A stretch of 64,000 nt of DNA, from positions 244,218,001-244,282,000 of the forward strand of contig NC_067398.1 in the NCBI RefSeq assembly GCF_016432865.1, in the 5' to 3' direction. The notes beneath the pieces were generated by a model, which had not been told where the DNA came from, did no database searches, and saw only the letters and a program-made list of their open reading frames with translations. The translations under genes and the position numbers were made by a program. The stretch comes from Antechinus flavipes (lineage: Eukaryota). Positions 16,801 through 57,600 of this stretch are shown here, in pieces (position 1 is the first letter of the stretch; every line of letters begins with the position of its first letter).

Positions 16801-19800
16801 GTGATTTATCTTTTTCAATGCCTTCTTAAGTATATTTACCTTGAGTTGATTAGTCGTTCTTACTAAGAAGCACAAAAGGAAAAGGGAGGGAAAACTGGGA
16901 ATACAGGGTCCATAGCCAAAGAAAAAGAACTAAAGATGCGGGGAGCAGGTTTTCACACCTATAGAATAGTGAAGTTAGGGAAATGGGTCAGACAGAAGGC
17001 TACAGAAAATTTTCAAATGCGGGCAGGGAGATACTCACAGGTCAAACACCAGGAACATGAAGCTAGAAGACTCATAGGAATCGATGAGAGTGACTGAGGA
17101 AAGAAGGAAAAAGAGAAGAAAAGACATAGAAATGGAAAGGAGTAGACACATTAAGGGTGCTTTTTTATTAGGTGGAGATATGGGGGCTATTATACAGAAG
17201 GGAAAAGGTAAAATGGAGAGTTATGGGGTCCAACAGCTTCTGAATTCATGATGGCACAAAGCCTGAAGGGGATGAATAGGCAATGTTGGGATAGTAAGGA
17301 GAATCTTTGGAGGGACAATGATAGGGACTGGTCAGGGTAGTTGGGTTATCAAAGAAAGGAGGTATAGCCTCACTGATGTGGGGGTGGCCAGCAACCTGGC
17401 GCAGGATCTGGGTTTCTCTTCGAGTTGCTTCTCGCACCTCCTCCAGTTGATCAGGACTCAACCTTTCAGCGGTAACCTCCATGATCTTCACTGCAAACTC
17501 CTGGCCAGTAGCTCGGTGAACACATCGCCTGACCACAGAACTTATGCCCCTGGTTGAGGGAAGGGGGAGGAACAAAAAGGGATGGTGAGAGGGCTGAATC
17601 TTGTCCCTCCCCCCAATTAATGTAAAGATAATTTTCAACATTCACTTTCATAAGATTTTGAATTTATTTTTCCTCTTCTTCCCCTTACCTAAGACAGCAA
17701 GCAATGTGATATAGATAATAAGTGCAATCATATTTAACATTAATCATGCTGTGAAAGAATCAGAACAAAAAGGAAAAAGACACACACACAAAAGTGAAAA
17801 TAATATGCTTCAATCAACATTCAGATTCCATAGTTCTTTCTCTGGATAGCATTTCCCATCATGGGTCTTTTGGAATTGTCTTTTATCATAGCATTGCTGA
17901 AGAGAAGCTAAGTCTATCATAGTTGATCTCACAATGTTGCTATTGTGTAGAATGTTCTCCTGGTTCTACTCACTTTACTCAGAATTGGTTCATGTAAATC
18001 CAAGTTTTCTAAATCCATCTGCTCATTTCTTATAATGCAACTATATTCCATCACAGTCATATGCCATAGCTTGTTCAATCAGCCATTCCCCAATTGATGG
18101 GGATGCCCTCAATTTCCAGTAATTTGTCACCACAAAAAGCTGTCATTTTTTGTGTATGTAGATCCTTTTCCCTTTTTAAATGATTTCTTTGGGGTTCAGA
18201 CCTAGTAGTGGTATTGCTGGATCAAAGAGTATGGCCATGAACCTTTCTTCTCCCTGCCTACAACTCATACATGCCTCCAACCCCTGGTAACCTCCTTTGG
18301 ACTTTATTTTTTGATTCAGATTACTTTATGGCCTCTCCCCATCACACTATATCTCTTATCCCCTCTTTTTTTCAGCTGCCTAGTTATACAGATCTCATCT
18401 ATAAGATAATTCAAGAAGGATTTGTTGATTAAAAGAATATAAAGATTAGGAGTCAGCTTTGCCACTAACATACTAAAACCCAAGGTTATACGGAGGCATT
18501 CTCTTTCTTTACATTTATAATGATTTAAGGTTTGTAAACACTTGTCTCACAACATCCCTTTGAGGTAAAGAGTATAAAAAATCTCCATGTAGAAGTGAAA
18601 AAGCTAAGGATCAGAGAGATTAAATGATTTGAGGGTCATTACGTCTATTAAGTGGCAATGTCAAAATTCAAACTGAAAGTCTCTCCTGAATACATGTCCA
18701 ATGCTGTTCCCACTTAACAATGATGCCTGTGTTTCTCTTTGACTTCACATGGGAACAATAATAACCTGTCGTCATTGAGAGCATCAAGTAAGACTTCATA
18801 TCTTTATAACATTTAGATACTTTTTTGGGGGGAGAAGGGAAGGCAATTGGGATTCAGCAATTTACCCAAGGTCACACTGCTTGGTTAGCCCTTGAGGCTG
18901 TCTCTGAACAGAGGTCCTCCTAACATCAGGGCCAGTGCTTTATCCACTGATCCACCTAGCTGCCTCAATAGCTTCTTGTAAAACAATTTCCCAAATACAA
19001 TCACAGTATCTCAATGATCAGGTCCCACATATATTTATAGCAGCATTTTTTGTAGTGGCAAAGAATCAAAACCAAAATAGATGCCAATTGATAGGAAATG
19101 ACTAAACATAACTAAACAAGTAGTGGTATATGCATGTAATAAATTATTGATACTTTGTAAGAAATAATTGACATGAATATAGAGAAGCATAAGAAGATTC
19201 AGACAAACCAATTCAAAGTAAACAGAACGGGGGCTGGGGGGGGGTGTTTATATAAAAATATAAACACCAACAACTTGAAACAATGCTGTGAAATATGACC
19301 AAAATTGGACCCCCAAAATTGAGGGCAAAGTATACCTTCTCACTAATTTGCACAGAGAGGGCAATGTATAGAATGTGAGACTTGGATGATTTGTTGGTTT
19401 AGTTTTGTCAAACATTCTTTTCCTATTTATATTCTTTGTTACAAGAAATTGCTTGAATGGAGAAGAGGGATATATCAGGAAGTGAAAGGAATGTGAAACA
19501 AATACTAGCAAAATAAGACTTTAAATTTTAAAAGACCTCAGAGATCACTTATCCAAAGTACACTTACACAACTAAGTATCATGACAATTATCCCTGGCTG
19601 AATGAATGGTCTGGGCAGTTGCTAAACTTGTGCATAAAGATCTCTTTCAATCAGGAGGCAACAGGCTCTTCCATGTCTATATAGCTCTAATAATTTCAAA
19701 TGTTTTATTTTAAACATAAATGTGCTTTATGTGCAACTTTTCTACCCATGGTTTTTAGGTATTTTCTGGAACCAAGCAGAATAAGAAGTCTGTTCAAATC

Positions 19801-20666
19801 CTATCTCTATCACTTCCTCCGGTGATCTCAGAAAGACACTTTCACCTCTTTGGGCCTCAGGTCTTTGCTCTACAGAATAAAGCAGCTGGACTAGATGACC
19901 TTTTTTGCTATAAATCTACAATCCTACATAAAATCCCTCTTCTATATGACAATAGCTATTATGTCCCTAGACCTTGGTTACTTTATCTGTAAAAGAAAGA
20001 GAAGTGGTTTCATTCTGGCTCTAAATTTAAAGATGCTAGGACTCTCTCTGAAGCATTTTTTTTCCAGGTTTAACAGCCTTTAAGACTCTCTCTGAAGCAT
20101 TTTTTTTCCAGGTTTAACAGCCTTTAACAAGTTTCCTGTAACACGGTACTTGGTCCCAAATAGAAACAAGTAAGCAGGACAGAATTCCCTAACTTTTAAA
20201 CGAGGAAGCCGGGGCCTAGTGAGATGATGGGACTAGTCGAGGTCACATACACACGAGTCAGTGTCAAAGCCAAAGCCTGAAATTCAGGTCTCCAAACTCT
20301 TTCTGTGCACAGGGACACAGTCTTTCCTCTCAAATGAAGTAACATCTCCGAGAGCACTTTCGTTTATTCCCAGGTGAGTTTAAGAAGCAAATCCAATGTT
20401 GTCTGGGTATCTTTACTCCAGCCCAGGTCTGACAGCACAGGGAAGCCTTTGGCCAGTCACTTCCTTCAGGTCTGTGTGGTACGGGCTGATGATCTCTAAA
20501 GTCTTTTTGGTCTGCCAGACGCCGGTGAAAACAAGCCCCCCCAACCCCTTCGCAGGAAGGGGAGGCCCTACCTGCCAATGACATCCTTGGGGTCGTACTT
20601 CTGATAGAACTCCTTGGCTGCAGCCCAGTCGGGGAGCTCATCCTCCGGCCCCACGTCCAGCGTCAT
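13844..20666 (-). CDS. PHKG2: Phosphorylase kinase catalytic subunit gamma 2, 403 aa
   Basis: Exons 20666-20572, 17549-17374, 17093-17039, 16411-16346, 16149-15986, 14882-14792, 14707-14554, 14461-14336, 14128-13844 (1212 nt). Starts [33 protein letters not shown]; kinase motifs [14 protein letters not shown] and GTPGYLAPE; C-terminal calmodulin-binding region [22 protein letters not shown]. Confidence 0.98.
17690..18240 (-). mobile_element. Old L1 3' fragment in PHKG2 intron 2
   Basis: CCATTCCCCAATTGATGGG...AATTTCCAG and AGTAGTGGTATTGCTGGATCAAAG resemble the other L1 3' ends in this window. Confidence 0.6.
18822..18966 (-). mobile_element. Marsupial SINE (WSINE1-like)
   Basis: Reverse complement reads GAGGCAGCTAGGTGG...GGATAAAGCACTGGCCCTG, with a poly(T) tail on +. 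Confidence 0.7.
19000..19520 (+). mobile_element. Old L1 ORF2 end / 3' UTR remnant
   Basis: ATAGCAGCATTTTTTGTAGTGGCAAAGAAT...GATGCCAATTGATAGGAAATGACT, a degenerate version of the L1 segment at 62378. Confidence 0.6.
20040..20127. repeat. Perfect 44-nt tandem duplication
   Basis: GACTCTCTCTGAAGCATTTTTTTTCCAGGTTTAACAGCCTTTAA x2 (20040-20083 and 20084-20127). Confidence 0.95.
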
Positions 20667-21560
20667 CTTGAAAGACTGTGGAGCCTGCGAGGACGCGGAG
20701 GGGAGGGCGGCAAGGGAGGGGAAGGAGGGCAGTGAGATCCACCAGCCCGAGCTCCGGGGCTGAGACGGGGGGGACACGCATCGGGAGTCCCTGAAGCGCC
20801 GAGCGAGCGGCTGAGGAGCCAGGATCTTAAGGGAAGGGGAAGGGGAAGGGGAGGGGGAGGGGGAGGGGGAAAAGAAGGAAGACACTGAGGAATTGAGATT
20901 GAGGGAGACACCCTAAAGAGAAGTCTGAAGCCGAGGGAAGGGTTAGGGGGGAAGGGAAGAGGGGGAGGAGGGATGGGGGGGGTCGGGAAGGTGCAGAGGG
21001 AAGGGGAAAAGGGGGGAACCGCGGTAGCGGGGAGGAAAAGTGGGACCGTTGGCACGCAGGCGCACTGGGAAGGCGGGGGGGGGCGGGGAGGGTTAAGGGC
21101 GTGGGGTCTCGCTCGGTCTCACCCACCCGGCAGAAGGGGAGGGGGTTGGGGGGATGCCCTAGGAGGTTCGGGGTCTCCGCGAGGTCGCTCACTCTAGGAT
21201 TCTGGGCTCGCTGCTTCAAGTCAGTCTCCCAACAACTGGAGGCCGAGGCCTCAGACTCCGCCCCCATCTTTTTCAGGCCGAGCCCTTCGACCAATCAGAC
21301 ACACCGCTCCCTCGCTTCCACTCCTCCTCCTTCCCCAGTACGTCAATCTTGTGGTCTGGGACCTGAGAAGGCTAGCCAGTAGGAAGCTGACCCTAGACCC
21401 GGAGGAAAAGAGGAGAGGTGGATCTTGCCCTTCTCGGATGGGAAAAAGGACTACTTTCTCCAATCGGCGTGCAGCAAAGGCAGACAGATGGGCGGGCACA
21501 TTTGACTCGGGAACCCTGGGAAGGAACCCCGGAAGTGGTGGAGTTCATTAAGTGGATATA
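20600..21560 (-). promoter_or_regulatory. PHKG2 CpG-island promoter, non-coding exon 1 (donor near 21123) and G-rich intron 1
   Basis: CpG-rich; donor GGGTGG|GTGAGA near 21123; acceptor CCTCGCAG| at 20684, 18 nt before the ATG; CCAAT boxes near 21290 and 21460; ETS site CCGGAAGT near 21530. Confidence 0.7.
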
Positions 21561-22654
21561 GACTGTTCTTTCTGAAGTGGGGTCTCTATGAGCGGGATGG
21601 AGGAGTGCAGTGGCACTTGTTACCTAGAACCATGGTCACGTGCCCCATCCTAGGTCACTCGCTGTCCGATTATTCATGCCCAGAGGCATGGTTTAACTTG
21701 GCCCATAGACCTAAAGCTAATCCTATCGATAAAAGATTGGCAACCTGGTCAGTCTACTTAAGTGGAGGAATTAGGACCCACTTTTATCATTGTTCCGCAT
21801 TTCGAATCCAAACTTCTTCCGGAAAGTCTCTTAAATTGCCTCCATCTGCAACCAATGGGAAAAAAAAGCTAATCCTCACCCCGGACCCTCTTCATTATGC
21901 ACCAGTTTTTTCCCTCCCTAAACTGCTGCTGCAAGGTCTAGTAGTTTGGGGCAATGATAAAAGATCTGATACCAGAAAAGATTTCACTCAACCATTTCTT
22001 AGCAAATACAATGCAGGTTTGTATAGCATCTTGCAAAGATCTGAGGGATGGGGGACTAGAGTCCCAGCTGTAAGACTTCGAACATGTTACTTATGATAAT
22101 GCTTTTTTTTTTTTTTTATGGTGTATTTGTGTGTGTGAATAAAGATTTGTAAAGTCAAGAGGTGCAAGTCATATGAGAAAGATTCTGTAAATAGTCACTT
22201 CATTTTTGAACTGAAAAAAGGTACCCCACTGGGTGGTTCTTTCCCATCCTCTGAAATAGAAACAGTAGCTAGCTATGAGAACAGAAAAAAGGTAGTATAG
22301 ACTAACTATATTGAAACATTTTATCTTCACTTGAAAAAGGTTTTTTTTTTTTTTTTTTAATTACAAGATTGTAATCAGAGCTGCCTATTCTCCAACCCCA
22401 TATATGGGCTAAGGTCCCAAGGGCAGGAGTGAGTCCATGCAAGTCCAAACCTTTTATTATCAGTCCCATCTGAATGACTCTGTTGCCTGCATATTGGGAA
22501 GGCAGACTCTGGAAACCACTTTTTGAAAGGTACTTAAATATCCTCCAGGATCTGGGGGATCTTGTTCTTCTGGTCAGGATGAAGGACCTTGCTGTGAGGT
22601 CCACCTATGATGCCACAGGACAACTTCATGCTGTCCAGGTTTGTCACAGTAGGA

Positions 22655-23486
<832 letters not shown>

Positions 23487-24586
23487 TACCTGTAGAAGAC
23501 AGTCTGTCAGGGTATATGGGATCCTAAACCCCAAATCTGGATTTCAAATCCTCTTAAGAATATCCAAGTAGCATAGGCCATTTCTCAGGAATGTTGTCTG
23601 ACCAGGAATTTTCTTAACAAGTTTTTGCAATGACTCATGCATGAGGTGGTTTACTGGTTAAATTCTTTCCCTAGGACTTCCTTTTTCTTACCTTTTTCTC
23701 CACCACCAGAAATAAACTGGTTTAATAGCACTGTCCAAATTGATCACTGTTTTGGGGAGACTTGGTAGATAAAGAGGGAGGAAGGTTCCAGGAGAAACTG
23801 AGGAAGAGATGGAAAGGGAATAGATGAGAAAGTATTCGGAAAAAAGGCAAAAGGGGGACTAATGTGAATAAAGGGAATGAGTGTATGGGAGAATTGTGAA
23901 CTTAGGTCAGTTTAGGGTTAAAGCACAGGTGACAAGTGTTATGGTTAATAGGAAAATGAAAAAGGATACTAAGAGGTCTGTGATAAAGCCAGGGGAAATA
24001 GGATTCTTACCTGGCAGTAGGTCCCTCAGTTTCAACTCCCTGCTTCTTGGTTTTGATTTGATTTGGGTGGAAACATCTCACTGACTCAAGGATCTGAGCC
24101 CAGGGGTGGGGCATGGTGCTCTATCCACCCACCCTAAGAGCTGGAGCTACAGGGGAGGAGTGAGATGGGGCCACCTCAAAACCTGTTTGAGCAGCAAGGT
24201 GAGTCTAGAAGATGGAAAGCCTGAGGGATGGGGACGCAAGAGGTTGAAGCTAGGCTATACCTGTCTTTTGCGGAGAACGACCCTTTGGCAAACCATTCCT
24301 AGGTGCACAAATTTGAGTTTGAGGGGCTGGAGTCAAGAACAATTAGAAGATGGAAAATGAGACAATTTGAATGGATGGCATCATGCTCCCAGAGACTTGT
24401 TTTAAAGAAAAATGTTATCCTTAAAGAGTTAGTTGACAAAGATTTTCTAACCACTTTAGGTCACATAACAGCCACAGATGGTTGGGGCAAGATTTAAGAA
24501 ATAGATTAAGCCCAAGCCCCATCCCACCCACCAGAATCCCAGGAAATCAGAAGCCTCCTTACACTGATGCTCATACGGAAACTAAG

Positions 24587-24592
24587 TTTATT
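24587..24592 (-). terminator. SRCAP polyadenylation signal
   Basis: AATAAA on the minus strand about 380 nt after the SRCAP stop, following a long U/A tract. Confidence 0.65.
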
Positions 24593-24969
24593 ATTTTTTC
24601 TTTTTTTTTCTTCTTTAAAAAAAAAAAAAAAAACTCATCGCAGAGAGAAAGGAGTCCCTCCCCCTCCCCTGGGGGTGAGGATCTGTGAAAGACAGCCAGG
24701 ATGGGGAATCAAGTATAGGAGAGTGGGGACAGTGGCCATCTTGCCACCCTTAACACTGCCCAGCCAAGGGATGGGGGTGGGGAGGGTAAAGAGAGCCCTG
24801 TTTCCATGACAACCAGTTCCCCCAGACACACTTTGGTAGGGGGAGGGGGGAAGGCCCCCTATATTCCCCTGAAGGCCTCTCCCCAGACTTCAAGTAGTGG
24901 TTTAACAGTCAGGACTGGCTGTGGGGATGGAGGGGCAGAGCTGGCCAGCCAGAGTGGAGGGAGGGCTGG

Positions 24970-52456
<27,487 letters not shown>

Positions 52457-52963
52457 TGTCCCACTCCTGGGCTCCACGTAGGATGCCTGGAGGATGACGG
52501 TATCTTCGTCACCACTGCTGCTAGCCGAGGGGCTGGCGTCCGGCTGCAGGGCATGCTGGGAACTGGCCTCATTCTGGGCCACCGGCCACCGGGACCCACT
52601 GTCCAGGGCCCGGGGCCCCCCAGGGCGTCCCAGCCTCCGTTCAGGTCCACTGGCCTCTGGAGTACCTGCTTCAAATGAATGGGAAAGATAAAAGGATCAC
52701 AGCCATCCCCTGGGACAAAAGGAGTATAAAGAAATCCCATTACTCCCAATTTCTAAACATCAGAGTAGAAAGCCACTTTATTTGATAATGTTTTCATTCA
52801 AAGTACTAGTTTACATTGTCCCCTTACTAGTGAAGCCAATCTCTTTTCACAAAAAGTACATTAAAGTATTAGAGCCCAGAATTCATGCCCTCAACCAGTG
52901 TTTATAGATGTGTTAAACTTCCTTGTCAATTTTTTTTTTTAAAGGCTCTTCTCTCTCTCTCAC

Positions 52964-53037
52964 CTGTGTGAGCTGAGACCACACCCGCCGTGAAAGTCTG
53001 CACTTCCACGGTGCCGCTGTACCAAAGGAGAGCACAC
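52964..53037 (-). other. SRCAP: SRCAP 74-nt 5' leader exon 2
   Basis: Acceptor CTCTTTGTAG| and donor CACACAG|GTGAGA; a CpG-retaining segment inside an AT-rich intron. The next exon spans 52665-52403 (acceptor TTTGAAGCAG|). Confidence 0.8.
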
Positions 53038-53799
53038 CTACAAAGAGGGTGAGAGAAAGTAATCATCAACTTTGAGGAACTACTTTCTTATAAATTCATA
53101 TATTTGACAATATCTGCTTTTGAGTTTTTCAACGTTTCCTAATTTAATAGAAAAGAAAAAGATTCCAATAAGAACTTCAAGGAAGAAAGTTTTTATATTC
53201 CAGAGAAGAGTAAGCAAAAGCATGCACTATGAAAATAGAATTAATTCAGGGAATAGGAACAAGTTTCTGCCACCCATGGAAGAGGAGAAAAAAGGATACA
53301 ATATAGTAAAAGAAAGCTTTAAAAATCCTGTATTGTTTGTTTAAGGAAACGAAGTGAATCAGTGGACCTTATGAAAATGAAGGTTCTTGCATACAGAAAA
53401 GATAAACACAAGAAGTACAAAGATGACTTTTCTGACTTCTACAATCAAGGAAAGGCCTCTGGAGTTCTCGGGCTTGCTCATAACAGAGACTACCAGTTTT
53501 AATGACTGGGCCTCACAAATCTTGACTGCCTAGTTTCACAAATACACTTTCTTTACAGAAATGATTCCAGTAACAGAGGTCAGATTACAATTCAATTCTG
53601 ATGTGGAAAAGGTATCTAACAGGAAAACCTGAAGTTATTAAGAGTTAACCTGGAAATGCCTGAAAATGTTTCACCAAATTTTAAATCATTGCTGTTATGA
53701 TTCACTCCCCCTACCTCACCTTATCCCGAATCCTTGGCCACTGAGTTTTGGTTGACCTCTTTACCCCAACATATTGCAGTGCCTAACTAGATACAGACC

Positions 53800-55240
53800 C
53801 CTATTTCGCGCCCCCTCACCCCCACAGTTCAGCGTTCTGACCCTCTCTGACCTCTGACTTCTTTAACCCACGTTACCACCCAGCTCCTCCCACTTATTTG
53901 CCCCTCCCCAACTCCGCCTTTCCATCCAAGGTGCGCGCACACGGGTCCGCGGAAGAAGAGGAGGGGTTCGGGGAAGGCGCGCACAAACACACAAACACAC
54001 ACTGCACACACACAAGATTCCTCCCCCCCATACACACCCCAAGTTAGAACAGGCAGCGCGTGCGCGGCAGGGGGTGGGGAGACCTGGCAGGGTTGCCCAA
54101 GCCTAAGGGCTCCCGCCCAAATCAATCTTCGCACGGAGGAGAAGGGAAAGGCGGGGGAGGGGGCGGAGGGAGGTAGGAGGAACCCAGGATCAGGGAAAAC
54201 AGTACTTCGTGCCCGGCCTAGCCCATCACTCTATTACATCGTGGGGAAATGTGTGGGGAAGGGAGAAAAACAGGTGAGCTTTAATAAGACCCCCCCATCT
54301 ACCCCCCCCTAGTGAAGAACCGGAGATGGGCACGCACAAATACTGCCCGACCCACGCTCCCTACCCACTCCCTTCCTGCGCGCTCTTAAGGGAAAGAGAA
54401 CAGGGAGACAGGGCGAGAGGAGGGGTCACGGATACGCGCGGCCAAGAGCGCACCTGGATCTCGCGCTCGCCTCTCAGACTCGTTCACCCGTGCACGCGCG
54501 CGGAGAGCGGGAAAGGGGAGAGGATAAAACGCCGGTGCCCCTTTTGGCCCGTCTGGCCTCTCTGTCCCTCTCTATGGGCGCGCGCCGGCAGTCTCGCGCA
54601 CTGGCCCCGGGGCCCGGCCGAAGATGCGCGCGCAGCAACCCGGGAAGGGGGGGAGGGAGGAGAGCAAAGATGCGCGCGCAATCATTCGTCGTCGAGAGGT
54701 GGGAGGGGGGAGGAGGGAGAGAGAGAGGGAGGGACGAGGAGAATCAGCCATCTTGTCTCCCTCTTCTTACCTGCGTCCTCGGGGGCGCGCGCGCCACCCC
54801 CCCGCCGGGAAAGGGGGGAGGGTTTCTCTCTCGTCGCGGCGGCCGCCCCAGGTCTCACAGGGCCTGCCAGTACTGCCACTATCCCGTCTCTACCTCTACC
54901 TCTCTAGGCGCACAGATGTAGGAGGGCGGTGGGGGGGAGGGGAGATGCCACTCCCCGCGAACCGCCGCCGCCGCCACCGCCGCTCCAGAGGCCTCACCAA
55001 AATGGCCGCCGCCGCCTTCGGCCGCCACCACCACCACCACCACCACAGATCACTGCCGCTACAGCCGCCGCGGCCCGTCCTCTCGCGATAGATAGTGCGG
55101 GTGCGAGAGCAAAGGGGGAGGGAAAGGGAGGAGACGCGCGTGCCAGAAGGAGGTGTTGGCTTGTTGGCGCGCGAGGGTTCTTGGGAAGTGTAGTTTCCGC
55201 ACTGCGTGTCAAACTACCCACAAGAGTCGATTCCTTGACG
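53800..55240 (-). promoter_or_regulatory. SRCAP CpG-island promoter
   Basis: High CpG density. YY1-type motifs AAAATGGCCGCC (near 54999) and CAGCCATCTTG (54746-54756); TCTCGCGATA (55081-55090, one mismatch to the TCTCGCGAGA element); GGGAAGTGTAGT (55183-55194, ACTACAnnTCCC ZNF143/THAP11-type); short (GCC)n and (CCA)n tracts. Confidence 0.8.
54998..55100 (-). other. SRCAP: SRCAP first exon (5' end approximate); possible alternative donor at 54771
   Basis: Donor CCATTTTG|GTGAGG at 54998 within a CpG island; a second strong donor CGCAG|GTAAGA at 54771. Confidence 0.6.
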
Positions 55241-55329
55241 CAGAAATGTAAAGGTTAACCAAACTTTCTAGACAATCTTGGATTATACCTTTTCTTTCCA
55301 GCCTATATCTAGTTAACTATACTTGAGCT

Positions 55330-57600
55330 TTTCTTGAACTGTTACTTTAGTCGCCTAATGATAATATATAAAAAACCCTGTATGTACACTTAAGAAAGAA
55401 CAAAGAATGCATTAAACACAATTTAAAATGTCATGTACATTATCAACTTTAGTAATTTATTTGCATAAATTGTCTTTTAACTCTTCTCCATTTCTTTTGC
55501 ACAACATCCTTCAAGATCTAGATCATCTCTTACATTCTCCATTAAGACTTCTCTGACTCTGAATTGTGATCCTTGTCATAGACTTTCTTGAGTAACTACT
55601 TTATTTTCTTAATTTTTAAAATTTCAAATTACCCATTATCCCAACTAATGTCTTTCATAAATTTTAAAATCGTTTGTTTTTATATCACCTAGTTTTCCCT
55701 GAATCTTTCCTCTTCCATATAACAAAAATATTTTTAAATTTAAAAAAACCTCATAATAAATATGTATAGTTAAGCAAAACAAATCTTCACATTATCCATG
55801 TCCAAAAATGTATATCTCATTCCACATCTTGAATCTATGGGCTCTTTTCTGTCAGTAGCTTGATAGCACAACTATATCAATCCTCTGAACTTATGGCTGA
55901 TTATTACATTGATTGGAAATTTTGAGGTTTTAAAAATACCTTTTTGTTATTGTTGCTATTATATAAATTATTTACTGTTACTTCACACTACATCAGCTGC
56001 AGTTCTTACAAGTTTTTTCAGGTTTCTTTGAACATATCACTTTTATCATTTCTTACAGCACAATAATATTCCATTACATTCATATATCCAAATTTATTTA
56101 TTCATTCCCCAATTGATAGGAATTTCCATTTCTTTACAACTACAAACACAACTGCTATGACTTTTTATTCATAAGATTCCTTTTCCTTTTTCTTTGATTT
56201 TTTTTGATTATGCTACTTTACTTTTTAATATCTTGTCTAAATATAATTATAGCATAAAGATTTTGAGGACAAAGACCATATTTTGTACTCCATTGTATTC
56301 AATTCCAACAAGTATTAACTGCCTACACTTGTTAGGCAATATACTAAGCACTGAGGCTATATAAAAAAGAAGAAAAGGAAAAAAAAAACTAATTCTTGTT
56401 TTAGACTTCCCTACTAAAAAGCAGGAAAGTGTTTTTATCAGCTGTTCTTCAATTGGTCATTGCAACTAATCTGAATTTGGCTGTTTTTTGGTGGTGTTTT
56501 CATTTATGTTTTATATTTTCTTGTATATATTGTTCTGCTGGTTTTCTTTGAGTTTTATCAGTTGATAGAAATTTTTTTATGTTTCTCCAAATTCCTCCTA
56601 TTTGTGATTTCTTATAGCACAATAGTATTATTATATTCATTTACCCCAATTTGTCTTACCATCCCTCAAATGGTAATCCCTCTTTTTTTTTTTTTTTGGT
56701 ACCATTATAAAATATTCTGCCTTATTCCCCTCTCCCCAAAAAATATATCAGAGACGGAAATAGCAGTACTATGTTCTTATAAGCTTGTGGTGACACAAAT
56801 GGAGAGTTAATGGCTAGTACTGCTATTTCAATTCCCACCCAAAGTCTTACAGTAGTTTTTTGGTCCTTTTCATTTGAAAGTGGCTGGGGAAGAATGAGGT
56901 ATTTAATCTGTTCATGCCTTGTTTACCTGCACACTAAGTACCTCTACCTAACTTTTGAAATTTTTTTTTAATTATAAAGTTTGGCAAACATAAATATACA
57001 TGATAATTTCCAAAAAACAACAAAGAGAATATCATATAAAATTGTGAATCTCAATTATGTACAATATTAAGAATATAAAAATTTTATACATTAATTCCAA
57101 TGCTGTCCTATTTGTCTGTGTCTCTGAACTTTAGCTCACTTCTGTGCATTTTACAAATGTTTTTAATTTTCTTTCCTTTTTTTAAATCATCACTATTCCC
57201 ATGTTCTTCATAACTCTCCCCTCTTCAAATGAAAAATAAAGTTTTAAATACCCTCCCTTTTTAACAAATAAATGTAGTCAAACAAAACAAAACAGATATA
57301 TATTGGCTATGTCAGAAAAATGTATCGTTGTGCATTCCTAGTCTATCATTTCTCTGAAAAAAAAAGATGGGAATTATGATTCATCTTTCAAAGTTTTCTT
57401 TTATATTGTTATTGTTATCATATAAATTATTTTTCCTGGTTCATTCTCCATCAGTTCATTCAAGTTTTCTTAGGTTTCCTTGAAACTATCCCTTTCATGA
57501 CTTCTTATGTAGTATTCAATTATATTCATATATCACAACTTCCTTAGCTTTTCTCTAATTAATCAGTATCCTCTTTGTTTTCAGTCCTTTTCTGAATTCT
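55330..57600. mobile_element. AT-rich patchwork of old L1 3' UTR fragments
   Basis: Repeated degenerate TAATATTCCATTACATTCATATA...CATTCCCCAATTGAT blocks; boundaries approximate. Confidence 0.5.

Noticed and set aside
54326-55258. Several 100-190 aa Arg/Gly-rich ORFs at the SRCAP promoter
   Set aside because: Expected in a CpG island with few stop codons; more likely non-coding or lncRNA sequence.
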